Assembly: GCF_963506605.1 (NCBI RefSeq)
Contig: NC_083277.1
Location: forward strand, 62,496,001 to 62,560,000
Length of the DNA stretch: 64,000 nt
DNA from: Zootoca vivipara
Taxonomy: Eukaryota
Direction: 5' to 3'
Below, in pieces: positions 49,031-60,974 of the stretch. Position 1 is the stretch's first letter, and each line of letters starts with the position of its first letter. The translations under genes were made by a program, and so were the position numbers. Under the pieces are notes generated by a model, which was not told where the DNA came from, did not search any database, and saw only the letters and a program-made list of their open reading frames with translations.

Positions 49031-50427
49031 TACTAGTCAACTTAACTGATTGATAAAAAGCCAATCCTCCAGAAACATTTGTCTCTATCTGAACACTCAT
49101 AAGGCTTCTTGCACCCTCTCAAATCTGCACCAGAGGGTTTGCTGAACTCTCCAGAACAGAGGGCAACAGCAGAAAGTGGGAATTAGTGAGAATTACCTTC
49201 CTTCCCAGTCCATTTGCAGAAATTTCTGCTGGAGCAATGAGTTGGCCACGAACAGAAGGACCCAACTAGAAGCATCCCTTCATAAACGCTGCATTTGAGC
49301 CATATTCATATAATGCTGCTACATGGACAGGTGTTGCACAGCTCTTCTCAGAAAGAAAAGGCTCAGGATAAGTGAGCCTATTGATGACTGTACACACTAT
49401 GGTAGCTTTTTAAGAGTTACATGAATTGGCCACATGGGTTAATCCCCCCCAACATGCCAAACCAGGGTTGAAAGAGGAGTTAGTATGAAGGTTGTGAGAA
49501 AAGGGGTACAGGCTCTAGCCTTGGTCCATGACTCTGCATCCTTTAAATGAGATAGAATGTGAACAAAGAGGACAGCAAAGAAAAATGTGTTTGCAGTCAT
49601 TTCAAAGCCTGGATGATGATTGTTATCCTTCCTTGGGAAAAGGCAGAGAAAGCAGTTCATGCTGTCCAGAGGAAGCCACCAATGCTAACCTTAGAGAGAG
49701 GGGAGAGAAGACTATCTCTGTTAAGAGATGCTTGAGATATGCAGTTGATAAAAGGCAGTCACCAAAGCCACCTAAATGGCAGGTGCGGAAATAGGATCAC
49801 ATCTTTTCAAAGCTCTTTTAAGTAACTCTGGTCTCATTAGTCATTATCATCATCAGGTGCTGTTTTGCATAGGAACATATGTCAAAAGGAAAGAGCAAGG
49901 AAAGGTGGCCTGGCGTACGTGTTCTGCAATGGACTCTAGGCATTAAAGACAGCAAGGCAAAATGGTGGAGTCCATTAGGACAAAAGAAACCCTCACGACA
50001 GCCTATGTGCTGCATTCCAGATATCACAGGGCCCCAGGGGAGATGTCCTGGTGGGAACCTTCCTTAGCTCTGCAGCAGCTACCAGTTTCAAGCCTATTCT
50101 GGGTATAATGTGGACTTGAATGCTGATTTAAAGTGGGGATTCAATATTCCACTGTTCCTGGTGGACTATAGACCACAAGGCAACAAAGAGGTTCATGTGG
50201 CACACCCAAGGGAAATTGCCAGGACAGTGAGTTTATGCAAACTGCCACCTCGTGCACTTTCCCTTTTACAGGAAGCTTTCCCTGGGATTTTGTGTCAGAT
50301 GCAGTGGTGTAGTAGTGGTAAATATTGAAGAGTTTATCATGACAATCTTCATAGCCACACCCTCAAGGAGTGTCCAAAAGTACAGGCAGCTGCATTGATC
50401 CCTATATTTATGCGTGCATATATGTGT

Positions 50428-50430
<3 letters not shown>

Positions 50431-50473
<43 letters not shown>
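50431..50473. repeat. (CA)n microsatellite
   Basis: Seen directly. Confidence 0.95.
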
Positions 50474-50476
<3 letters not shown>

Positions 50477-53400
50477 CAAAATGTAGAAGTACATAGCCTA
50501 TCACCAAATTTATTAGAATGAATATGACCACAATCCAATGTAATTTCCTGGTAATAAGCACCATTGAGTTCAGGGAAACCATGCATAGGTTTGTAGCCAT
50601 GTCAATCAGAAACGTGAACCATCTTGCCAACAAGTGTTGCCATTTAACCTGCTAGCATGAAGTAAGAACCCCAAACCAAAAGAAAGAAGTTTCCATCCTC
50701 TCCTTGATTATTTTCCTCCTCCTCTGACTCCCTCTGTGCTAAATTGACACAAACAAGCTTGAAAGCTTATTAACATTATTACCACTCACTTGCAAGGAGA
50801 GTGTGTCAAGTACTGCACCCTAGCACCCCAGCAGATGACATCATTGCTCTTGCATTTTCCTACAGCACTCCCAACCCCAATTAGATCATGGGGAAAAGTC
50901 GACAATTCTGCAGGATAGGAGTGTAGCTGTGGTTATTTGGGGGGGGGGGCTCTGCACATGCTGAGAAGCTGTCTTTTCCTCCCATGAGATATATAGAGAA
51001 ATCATTCCAGTTAAAGAAAAGCATGGGATCCTTATCAAATATCAGCACCATTTATAGAACCAAATACCAACCACAGCCTACACAGCAAGCCCTGGCTGAA
51101 ACTAAACACAGAATCTGTTTCTTCTGTAGTTCAAATTGGGATAGTGACGTTATTTGAAGTTCTTTTTCCTTTGGACAACTAGCTTTTGCATCTGTTCTGT
51201 GTTCCAACCTACTCCTGCAAAACAAGAGTGTTGGAGAAGGGGGATTGCGTCTGCATTCACGACGATATGAATGCATGTGCATTAATCCACTTTGCAGATC
51301 CAAACTCTTGAGTCTTGGCACTGAAAAGCACGTTCTTGGGCTGAGCCCCTGTGAGCCCCGGGTCTGGCTCAAATTAAGCCCCAGCAGCATGCCTTGAGTC
51401 ATTTGATTTTCTACAGATAGCCGTGGGATGGTTGCTGCACAGATCTCCATTTCGAGAGCATCACACTATGCATTTGACACCTCTATTGCAAAGTACCAAG
51501 GGTACAGCTGGAAGGCCTCAGCCAAAGCAACTCCTCTTGGGGGAAAAAATAAGTCTCTTATGGAGGCATTTCTGGACATTTTTGTTTTTCAAATAAACTT
51601 GTTTCCTGTCTCCAGCGACAGACGTTTATGTAAAGCTTGTTTGCTCAGAGAGTTGATCCATGTCCCTTCTACCTCCAAGCACAACAGTGGCTGTTCTCAG
51701 TGTTTGCTGGCCTGCTGTCAGTTGGGTTCCTATACCTCAGCACAGCCCCGGGCCTTGAAATCTGATATTCTCTGGGGCAAGGAATATCACTAGAGATCCT
51801 CGTCCAATATTGACCAGGCTGGCTCAAGGGGTGTTGTCTTCTGAAAGCAGCCCCTTGACACCTGGCTCGTAGCTGCTGAACCTCAGCGAAGTTGTCGGAC
51901 CTTGGTCATCAGTGGACCTCGGAAGCAAGGCAAGAAAAGCCCTGCTAGTCAAAGCACAAGAAAATCCCTTGTAAATCCAGGAGGAGGGAAACAGCCAGAT
52001 GCAGCTGTACTTTTCCACCCCCAAAAATGCCATTTCAAAGGGGAAGAGCTATTGACCTCAGCTTCAGGTCTTGGCAGTGACGAAGGATGCTTTCACCAGC
52101 CTCCAGAGCAAATAAAGGCAAGAGGAAAGGACTTGGTGTACTGACTAGCAGGAGAAGAGGTGGGGGCAGAGGAAAGGGCTGTCTGCATTAGACAGCCGCC
52201 AAGTCAATGGGAAATAGGCCCCCTACATAGCCAACATGGTACTCTCCAGATGTTGTTAGACTGCAACTCCCATCAGCCCCAAGCAGCCTGGTCAGGGATG
52301 GTGGGATATGTACTTCAAAGCATCTAGAGGGCACAAAGTTGCTTACTCCTGCCTTCCTCTATACTCACCAGAAAGTGTCCGTGATTTTGCATGAAACCAA
52401 GCTGCATCTTCATGAATGGCTATATTTCTCTTACCATGATCTAACCATATACACAAAAAATACATCATGCAAAACATGCTGGAGGCTGCAGCATGAACGT
52501 TTTTAGAAAGTTACAGTGCAAATATTGCTAAAGCCTGCTACATTTGGCATAAATAAAAGCTGAGGTGGAAACTTCAGACATCGGACTTTCTGTAGTGCAT
52601 TGAAGACAACATGTTTGGAAAACGATTCCACGTTTTGGGTGCAAAGGGAGCATGCTGCAACCTGCCATAGAAATGCCAGGAAATGCATTCATATTAGATC
52701 TGCAATATGAATAAGCTTGCATTTAGGTGTGAAATATGTTTGTAGGTAGGGAGCTACTTTGCAGAGTTCAAATTCTGAAAGTACTAAGTTGGAGTTCAGA
52801 ATTCTATATTCCGCAGTTTAAGACTTGGGAGACTTCTGGTTTGTAAAATATTCCACTGTTGGATAAATATTTCACCCAGGCTTGCACTACAAATGAAAAA
52901 CAACAACAACACTGCCAGTGTTGTCTTTATATTTTGTCATTCATCTGTCGCGTGAACCTGCTACCAATAGGGAAGGTCATTTGTGAGAGATCTATAAGCA
53001 TCAGTCTCATAATCTTATTGTGAATACAAATTCCATATTCTCCTGGATTTTCCTTCTTTGTTAGAAGTGATCAATGAACAATAGATTGTATCTGAGCAAT
53101 TGAAGAGGCTTTTGGCAAAAGCATGTTGTATCGGTTGGTCTGGATTTCCAGATGCCCACCAGTTTGTACCCACTAGTACTCTGTGAGTGGTTTTTCAGAT
53201 TAGCAAAGAGTTCATATATCATTTTACAGTCAACACATTCAGATTCTTGCCTGCATGCTAGGCACAGCAAGAGATTCCCCTTTCTTCACAGTTCATATCA
53301 CTTTTCATGGACACAGTTCTACAAACTGCATCTGGAGTATACAAGATTGGTCCATATAGGAACATTGTCTATCTGTAGCAACACTCTACTCATAGGAAAA

Positions 53401-54009
53401 TAGGTGAAGGCCTGAAAACTCTCAGCAGGAAATGTATAGACCTGTAGAAGAAGATTCTGCAGTCACAGCCTCTGCTGTATGCCAGACTGCAGCAAAGCAA
53501 AGAATTTAATCACTCAGGATTTCCTCAGTTTGTTTCCCCAGGGCTTTCTGGCAAGGTCTTCCTTGGGCAAGGATGGACATGCCTTAACGCTATTGCATTA
53601 GTTTGAAAGATAGGACTTTGCACCAGCAGGAAGATGGTTTGGACATTACATGATGCAGAGAATAACGCTGACTTCCACTTTTCCACCCTTATTTTTTCCC
53701 CTTCTGAAATATTTCTGGTTCCCAGTAAAACTTTCATGCTTTTGTTTTTAAATCCAAAGGATATTTCAATTCTTCTATGGTTATCTGTTATGCACACTTC
53801 TGAAATGTAGTTAATAGGAAAAAAGCTCGTTTTAGGTCCTTTATTTTCCCCTGCTATCCACAATGTCTGAAACAGATATTATTGCTGAAACATTAACAGG
53901 TAATGTTTATGGATGCCAGGTTTCAGCCCAGAAATAGTGTCTCCTCTCCCGCCAACCTCTCCTGCCACATTTTCCTTCTTTGCTTGTAAGGGGGGATCAA
54001 GCTTGCCTT

Positions 54010-54410
54010 GCTAGGTCCAGGAAGTCAGTGGATGGGGGTCATTGTGGCATTCAGCCTTACAATGGTGGCCTCCACAAGGCCACCAAGTTCAATGAAATTT
54101 ACTCACTGGACATGTGCTTGGTCAGGGATTTCAGCCTGAAAGTTAAGGAAGAACTTTCTGACATTAAGAGCTGTTAGACATTGGAACCATAGCTGCCAAG
54201 TTATCCCTTTTTTAAGGGATTTCCCCTTATGCTGAATAGGCTTCCTCACGAGAAAAGGGAAAACTTGGCAGCTATGATTGGAACCAACTCCCTTAGGAGA
54301 CTCCCCTTCATTACAGGTTTTGAGGCAGAGGTTGGGCGGCCAGTTGTCATAGATGTTTTAGTTGAGATTCCTTTGGGGTCCCTTCCAGCTGTACAATTCT
54401 TTGATTCTAT
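54010..54410 (+). mobile_element. CR1 3' fragment hosting a MITE
   Basis: aggaagaactttctgac...agagctgtt...ggggtcccttccagct...attctttgattcta. Confidence 0.65.
54188..54276. mobile_element. 89-bp hAT MITE
   Basis: Exact TSD attggaac; sister of 1045-1134. Confidence 0.9.
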
Positions 54411-54939
54411 ATATTGTCGAAGGGAGAAAACTCTAGGTATAATCCTTCCATCACCTAATGTTAATCAAGTTCATGCATGAATTGTTCTGCAGAAGACTTT
54501 GGCTTTAAGTTCAAGTCATTTTCATTACTCCCATTTCTTTCTTTTTTGAAGCATCCTTGCAGGTCAACAGTGTCAACTATGTCAAAAGCCTTACCTACTC
54601 TTACTTATCCTTCGTATAATAAGAAACAGTAACATGAAAAAGTGGTGTTGTGGTTACAATGTTTTACTTAGCACATGGCTCAAATCCTCATTTGAGCTTG
54701 CCATGATTTAGGGCCACTCACTATCTGTCAGCTTAGGTTGCTGTGAGAATATAATTGGGGGAGAATCAAGCATGCCACCCTAAATTCCTTAGAGGAAGGG
54801 TGGAATAAACTGCCATAAAGGAAAATGATAAACTGACTCTCGTGCAATAAAGCCCACTAATACAGTAGAATACAATACTCAATCCCCACCCTAATATAAG
54901 TCAAACGTTTCCTCTTCTCTCTCCAGACTTCAAAGAAAG

Positions 54940-54996
54940 ATGCGGGCCTGGATTTTCTTCCTCTTCTGCCTGGCAGGCAAGGCCCTGGCAGCACCG
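54940..54996 (+). CDS. SPARC: SPARC exon 2 coding part, signal peptide MRAWIFFLFCLAGKALAAP
   Basis: ctccag| acceptor at 54926, 13 nt of UTR, ATG at 54940, |gtaagt donor. Near-identical to the vertebrate SPARC signal peptide. Confidence 0.97.
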
Positions 54997-55750
54997 GTAA
55001 GTATTGAACTTGGATCAAATAAAATTTTAAAACCTGTTTCCTAGAATAAATTTCTGCCCCTCCTGCTTGGGCAAGGCATGAGAAAGGATTGCCACATTTT
55101 GACTTTGATTTTCCCTCCCCTTCTTGGTGCCAGGAAAAGATGGTTCAAACTAGCAAGATACCTTTCAAATTCTAGAAATGGGGTTGTTGTTTCTGGAAAT
55201 ATGGAAAGGAGAGACTATAAATGGGGGGCATATACCAAGCCCTGGTTTTCTTGTTTTGTTTCCACCTGGCTTTGGCCCACCATTCCTTCCCTTGGCCACA
55301 GCCGTTTTCCTCTCCTAGACCTCTGCTTCTTCCAAGTCTCCTCCCATTTGCCATCTTTCCTCTGTCTCCAGTTTCATCTGCCCCCTTCTTTCGGACCCCT
55401 AAAGCCTCCACATCATATGCATTTTTTTGTTAGAACAGAGTTTGTGATGATGGCATCACATTACAAACAGAAAAACTTGTAGGGGGGTTACAGGAAAGCC
55501 ACACAAGTGCTCCAAGAAGGCTGCACTCACATGGTAGTTTATTCCGTTTTCATGACTTTCCCCTAACTGTTAAGTTCCACAATATATTTGAGCTGCCACA
55601 CGACATAAAAGCAACTTCTGGAACTACAGTGGAATATAGTACAAGTTTGGTGCTCATTTCCATGCTATTTGCTTTCAGAAAAGATCTGTTTGCAAATAAT
55701 ATGGAAATGAATGCTAAACTTGTGCTAAATTGCATGGTAGTTCGATTATG

Positions 55751-55992
55751 CAGTCGTACCTCGGAAGCTGAACAGAATCCATTCAAGAAATCCGTTCGAC
55801 TTCTGAAACATTCAACTTCCAGAGCACGGCTTCTGATTGGCTGCAGGAAGCTCTTGCAGCCAATCAGAAGCCCCATTGGACGTTGGGCTTCTGAAAGAAT
55901 GTTTGAAAACCAGAACATTCACTTGCGGTTTTCAATCGTTCAGGAGCCAGAACGTTTGACTCCCAAGGCGTTCGGGAGCCAAGGTACGACTG
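55751..55992. mobile_element. Tigger-like MITE (SPARC intron 2), with a truncated sister at ~56045-56140
   Basis: cagtcgtacct...aggtacgactg|TA, with an internal inverted repeat gcttctgattggctgca/tgcagccaatcagaagc. Confidence 0.85.
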
Positions 55993-56722
55993 TATTCTGC
56001 TATAGTTCTAGAAGTGGCTTTTACATCATATGAAAGCCCAAGTACAGTTGTGCCTTGGCAGTCAAACGGAAGCCATTCCAGAAGTCTGTTCACTTTCAAA
56101 ACGTTCGAAAACCAAATCGCAGCTTCTGATTAGCTGCAGTTAGGAAAATGGAATAAACTGCTCTGTGAACTCAGGCTAAGTCAGAACAAGCATGGATGCC
56201 CACACACCACAATCCATCCTTCTCAGATGACTGTATTGAAAAGTTTGATTCTTTTCAAAGTCACTGCCAAAACTGTGCCTTAGGGACAGGTGTGCTGTAA
56301 GTGTTGCTGGCAAAGTCCATTGGGTGGTGCCCAAGTTAGTGAGCAACAGGAATTCACGGACCTTAACGCTTTGAATTCTAAGTGTGTGTGTGTTTTAAAT
56401 AAAGTTGGGCCAAGGATATTTGAGTGCCTTCAAGTCTATTAAGGAATGAGATACGGCAAGACAAGGAGCTCCATAGACTTCAGTGGGGCCTGCTTGGTTC
56501 TAACTGTGGCAAAGGGGAGCATTATCCAGAAGGTCTCACACTTTCTTCCTGCTGGTTGCAGCACTTGGGTAGGGTAGCAGAGGAGCTTTGTACACGTGTG
56601 TGTGTTTGGTCACTGCAATAGGAGTGGAGCTTCAGGCACAAGGTTGAGGGGAAACCCTGCAGTAGAGCTACCGTAGTACAGGAGACACATCCACACCTGA
56701 CTTCCTTATTTCTTCCTTGCAG

Positions 56723-56773
56723 CAGGATGCTCTACCAGAGGAGATGGAAGTAGTAGAGGACCCTACAATAGAG
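56723..56773 (+). CDS. SPARC: SPARC exon 3 (QDALPEEMEVVEDPTIE), acidic domain
   Basis: ttgcag|cag NAGNAG acceptor and |gtacga donor, 51 nt, phase 0. Homologous to QQEALPDETEVVEE. Confidence 0.9.
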
Positions 56774-57489
56774 GTACGAAGTGATGCAATACCCCCCTCT
56801 TTTTATGTGCTTTGTGGGAGCAGATGCATTGGAAGAGGTGGGATAACGACTGATGAGAAGTTGTATGACCACCACCCAAACAAATCGGGATGCATGCTCA
56901 GCAAACAGGTGGTCTGGAAGCAACCTAACACATTTTCTGTGGCGTATACGTTCAATGGACTGCAAGCTGCTTACGCCATAAAAATGTGTTAGTCTTTAGG
57001 TACCTCAAGAGTCTTTGCTCTCTTTTTTTGCTAAAACAAACTAACACAGCTATTGCTTCAGATCAAGATTGGCCTTTTTATTCCTTTTATTATGAGTGAA
57101 GAGCTTTCAGACTGCTTGCTTGACATTTAAGGGTGATCAGAAGAGGAACGGAACTGCAGTTGGAAGCACTGTTGAGAGGTGGGGCCTATAACTCAGTCAC
57201 AGTGTGGAACGCTCTTGTTCAGGTTTCCAGCTAGCCACCAGTCAGCCATACCTCTCCTAGGACACTCCATTCCATTCCATTCGCCCCCAACCTGTTTTCT
57301 GTATCCTCCCCCCCCCACAACAACCAGTTGTGCCCATTGAGCATGTTCAGTCCTCACTGAATTGCTCAAGAGTCCCCTCCCGCTTTTATGGTTCACTTCC
57401 TAAAAATTGTGCTTCTCCAAATCTCCCTCAAAGACTCTTGTGCTATTTGGCTACATTTTAGAGTATGAACTCACTATTGGCATATAGTA

Positions 57490-57830
57490 TACTAAATACC
57501 TCAAGGACCACCTCTCCCCATATGAACCAACTCGGACCATCATCTGAGGCCCTTTTTCATGTGCCTCCTTCATGAGGGGCCAGACGGTGGCAACATGAGG
57601 TGGTTCCCCATTTGTGGAATGCTCTCCCCAGGGAGGCTTGCCTGGCACCTTTGTTACATATCTTCAGGTGCCAGGCAAAAACATTCCTCTTCTCCCAGGC
57701 TAATTAAATAATCTATGGCCTTTTAAATTGGAGAGGGGTGTTGTTTTTGTTTGTTATTATGCATTTTCAACCACCCTGTAATCTTGAGGTGAAGGGCTGT
57801 ATAGAAATTTTATTATTAATAATAATAATA
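57490..57830 (+). mobile_element. Old L2 3' fragment
   Basis: tacctcaaggaccacctctccccatatga...tgtggaatgctctccc. Confidence 0.65.
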
Positions 57831-58024
57831 CCTCAAGTTGGCTCTTCTTTCATGAAAGGAAATTAACTCTAGAGACATTTCCCTGACCTCTGGCTTCCTA
57901 ATGCTGTGAGTCTCTCCTTGAACAGCCTATTTGAGTGGGTATGGTTTCTATGTCGCAACAGGTTTCCAGGTTGTCATCAACCAGAGCACAACAATAGCTG
58001 ACCTTATTCCACCTCTCTTCCCAG

Positions 58025-58109
58025 GAACCTGTGGGTGTCAACCCTGTTCAGGTGGAGGTTGGAGAGTTTGAAGAGCCCACTGTGGATGCGGAGGAGATTG
58101 TTGCTGAAA
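58025..58109 (+). CDS. SPARC: SPARC exon 4 (EPVGVNPVQVEVGEFEEPTVDAEEIVAE)
   Basis: ttcccag| ... |gtaagc, 85 nt, with the conserved NPVQVEVGEF. Confidence 0.96.
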
Positions 58110-58181
58110 GTAAGCAGTACTCTGGATATTATACTTTAAACCTGCAGACATGCAATGTTTTATTTGGACACGTAATATAAG

Positions 58182-58571
58182 CAGGGCCAGCCCAAAACAT
58201 TTTGGCACCTGAGGCAAGCCATAAAATGGCATCCCAACACCAGGGAAGAAGGACTGAGTGAAGATCTACACCAGGAACAAAGGGGAATAAAGCTCTACAT
58301 TGAGAACAAGGGCGGGAATCAAATCAACTTTTTCCTGCGGGTTGAAGTGGGAATCAGAGGCAGGGAAAGGGAAGGGGCTGGATTCTTGCAGAGCCCAGGA
58401 GTCCCTAGAGGACAGCCCCCACCATTTCCTCCTGGGAGGTGGGAAGAGACAAGCAGCACCTCCTATTCACCAAGAGACCACTGTGGAGATGACACTGGTG
58501 GCAGCGGCAGGCTGCTGAGGAGGGGGAAGATCTGGCCTCCAAGGAGCATGTCACAGCTGTTGCTCCCACTG

Positions 58572-58630
<59 letters not shown>

Positions 58631-58725
58631 GGCAACACATTCCTTGGAAGCCAAATCTGCTGCCCCTCTAGATCCTGCCATCTGAGACAGTCACCTCACC
58701 TTGCCTCAAGGGTGGACCAGCCCTG
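58182..58725. mobile_element. hAT non-autonomous element containing (CAG)18
   Basis: TIR cagggccagccc/ggaccagccctg; TSD aatataag/tatataag. Confidence 0.75.
58575..58628. repeat. Perfect (CAG)18 trinucleotide repeat, SPARC intron 4
   Basis: Seen directly. Confidence 0.95.
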
Positions 58726-59397
58726 TATATAAGAATGCATATTTTATAGAAATGCAAAAAAACTGAAGAAAAGGGGTTGTTGTTGCAGCCGCCCTGGTAT
58801 GTTCCAGCCAGATGATGTTTCTTGCCACTGTCATTTAAGTCCCGCCCTCCCAGGCTGTGGTCCCCAATCTTACATCCTGAAGACCCAACAGCATCACACT
58901 CTCCATAGGCTGTTTTAAGTTTCAAGGGGTATCACTTTAAAGAACCACATAGGGAAGGAAATGGCCTGTAAACAGCATGCTCCCTCTGAGGCCGGTCCTC
59001 ACTCCATTTCAGCCATGCAGAGTGTGTTTACAGATATCTATCTGTTTTTTAGGCTAGGGAAAGATTTATGATGGTGGCAGTTAAGGTATCACTCTTTCAG
59101 AAGAGAATGCTGACACTTGCAACTTAACTCCAATACATCAGTTAAGCAATTCTGGTCATTCTTGTGCTGCCCTAGTTAGAGACAAACATAGACTATTGGA
59201 CTATATGCCTTGCTCCATAAAATAAATATGTTAGCCTAGCCTACATCTGAAACACTACGCTGGATGGCTCAGACACTACTGTTGGTGAAAAGGCTGAGTA
59301 TATCTCTCCATAGTTTTCCAGGTTTTTTTTTTTTATGATGAGGAACCACTGACACTGTTTTGGCTTCACAAATTGCTTTTTTTCTGGTCTTGCTTAG

Positions 59398-59519
59398 ATC
59401 CTTGCCAGAACTATCACTGCAAGCACGGCAAAGTCTGTGAACTGGACGAGAACAACACCCCTATGTGTGTGTGCCAGGATCCTTCCAGCTGCCCAGCCAG
59501 CACTGCAGTGTTTGAGAAG
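59398..59519 (+). CDS. SPARC: SPARC exon 5 ([41 protein letters not shown]), follistatin-N
   Basis: cttag| ... |gtgaga, 122 nt, with the cysteine pattern of the FOLN domain. Confidence 0.97.
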
Positions 59520-60853
59520 GTGAGAAGAGAAGATGAGTGAAGTCAGGCCAATAGAGCAAACTGACGAAAGTGGAGGTCTTGGGAACAGTGATTGCTTATA
59601 GCCCCAGTTATATCTTAGCTTTAGCATAGCGGCTGATGCACCTCTGAGGTTTCTCCCAGTAACACCTGTAACTTCTGGTTAGCGCATATCACATAGTTAA
59701 GTACCATGCTACCAATGAAGGGTGTGTTGCAAGTTTGGTATATAGCCACGTCATCCAACCCGGCAGTATGAAAGGAAGCTGCATGAATTACTGAGAAAGG
59801 GATGTGAGCAATGACAGGAGAGTGGCTACCATGCCACTGGACAGAATGAGTGCAGCTGTCAGCGGTTGCACTCAAGAGGGTGAGATGGATGAGGAGTGAT
59901 GGAGATCACTTCCTTCTCCTGATGCTGCAGGAAGAGGAGAACGCAGCATTGATTTACAGCAGGGGTTTGAGGGGGATGAGGAAGGACACAGCAAGAGACG
60001 AACAATATAGTTGGGAAGTGTTAGAAGAAGGGGGGGAGATTGCGACACTGCAGCCAGCTGACACGTTGTCACTGGTGAGTATTTCTGATCCCCCTTCTCC
60101 CATAATATGGCATTCATTAAGGGTGCAGGAGCAATGGAATTGGAGACATTTGGCCACAAGCAGCCACCATAAAGGGAGAAGCTGTTGCTAGGAAGGGAGG
60201 AGAAGGGGCCCAGTTTGGAGCAACTCCATTGTTAAGGCCTGTTGCGTTCTTTTGTCTCTCCCTATTAGGATTGACTAAAACTTATTAAAAAGAACTCTAC
60301 CTTGTTTTCTCAGTTCTTGCTGCAACCGGGGGAGGAATAGCTTTCCTGAAGCCCTGACAGAGCCTTGACAGCAGCTCGTCATTCTTCTGAGTCTTTCAGT
60401 GTTTTGTTTTGTTTTTTTTAAAAAAAATACAACTGACTACCAAGTCTTCTTTGACAGCCTATGACACATGGAGTGAGAGGCCCTGCCTGGCAGTAGTTCT
60501 TCCCCTACCTGATGGGTCAGTGCCAAGGGCATTACTGGAGGACAGCAGCTCCATCTCCTGGCACTCTAAAATCTACACGCAACCGCCAGGAAATAAAGAT
60601 TATTACTTGGGAGTGCAGTGACAAAGATATGCTGACCCCATCAAATCCAGGGTTGCAGTCCTTAAATTAATCCAAAATGGAGTTATGGGCTGGATAAGAC
60701 TTACCAAGTAGAGGCTTTATGAATACCTGACAGACATTTGAGCTTGTCTAGCACTGGAAGGTGATTGATGTTTTCCTAGATGGGGAGAAAGACAGATCCA
60801 TGCTGCGTTTCAGTACTTCATCTTTCTAATGCAACTCTACCCTTTTCACAAAG

Positions 60854-60974
60854 GTATGTGGCACTGACAACAAGACCTATGACACCTCTTGCCACTTCTT
60901 CGCCACCAAATGCACTTTGGAGGGAACCAAGAAAGGACACAAGCTCCACCTGGACTACATTGGACCTTGCAAAT
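60854..60974 (+). CDS. SPARC: SPARC exon 6 ([40 protein letters not shown]), Kazal part
   Basis: caaag| ... |gtgagt, 121 nt. Contains the NKT glycosylation sequon and the KGHK motif. Confidence 0.97.

Noticed and set aside
58347-58685. PolyQ/polyA/polyC ORFs
   Set aside because: They are products of an intronic (CAG)18 tract inside a TE.
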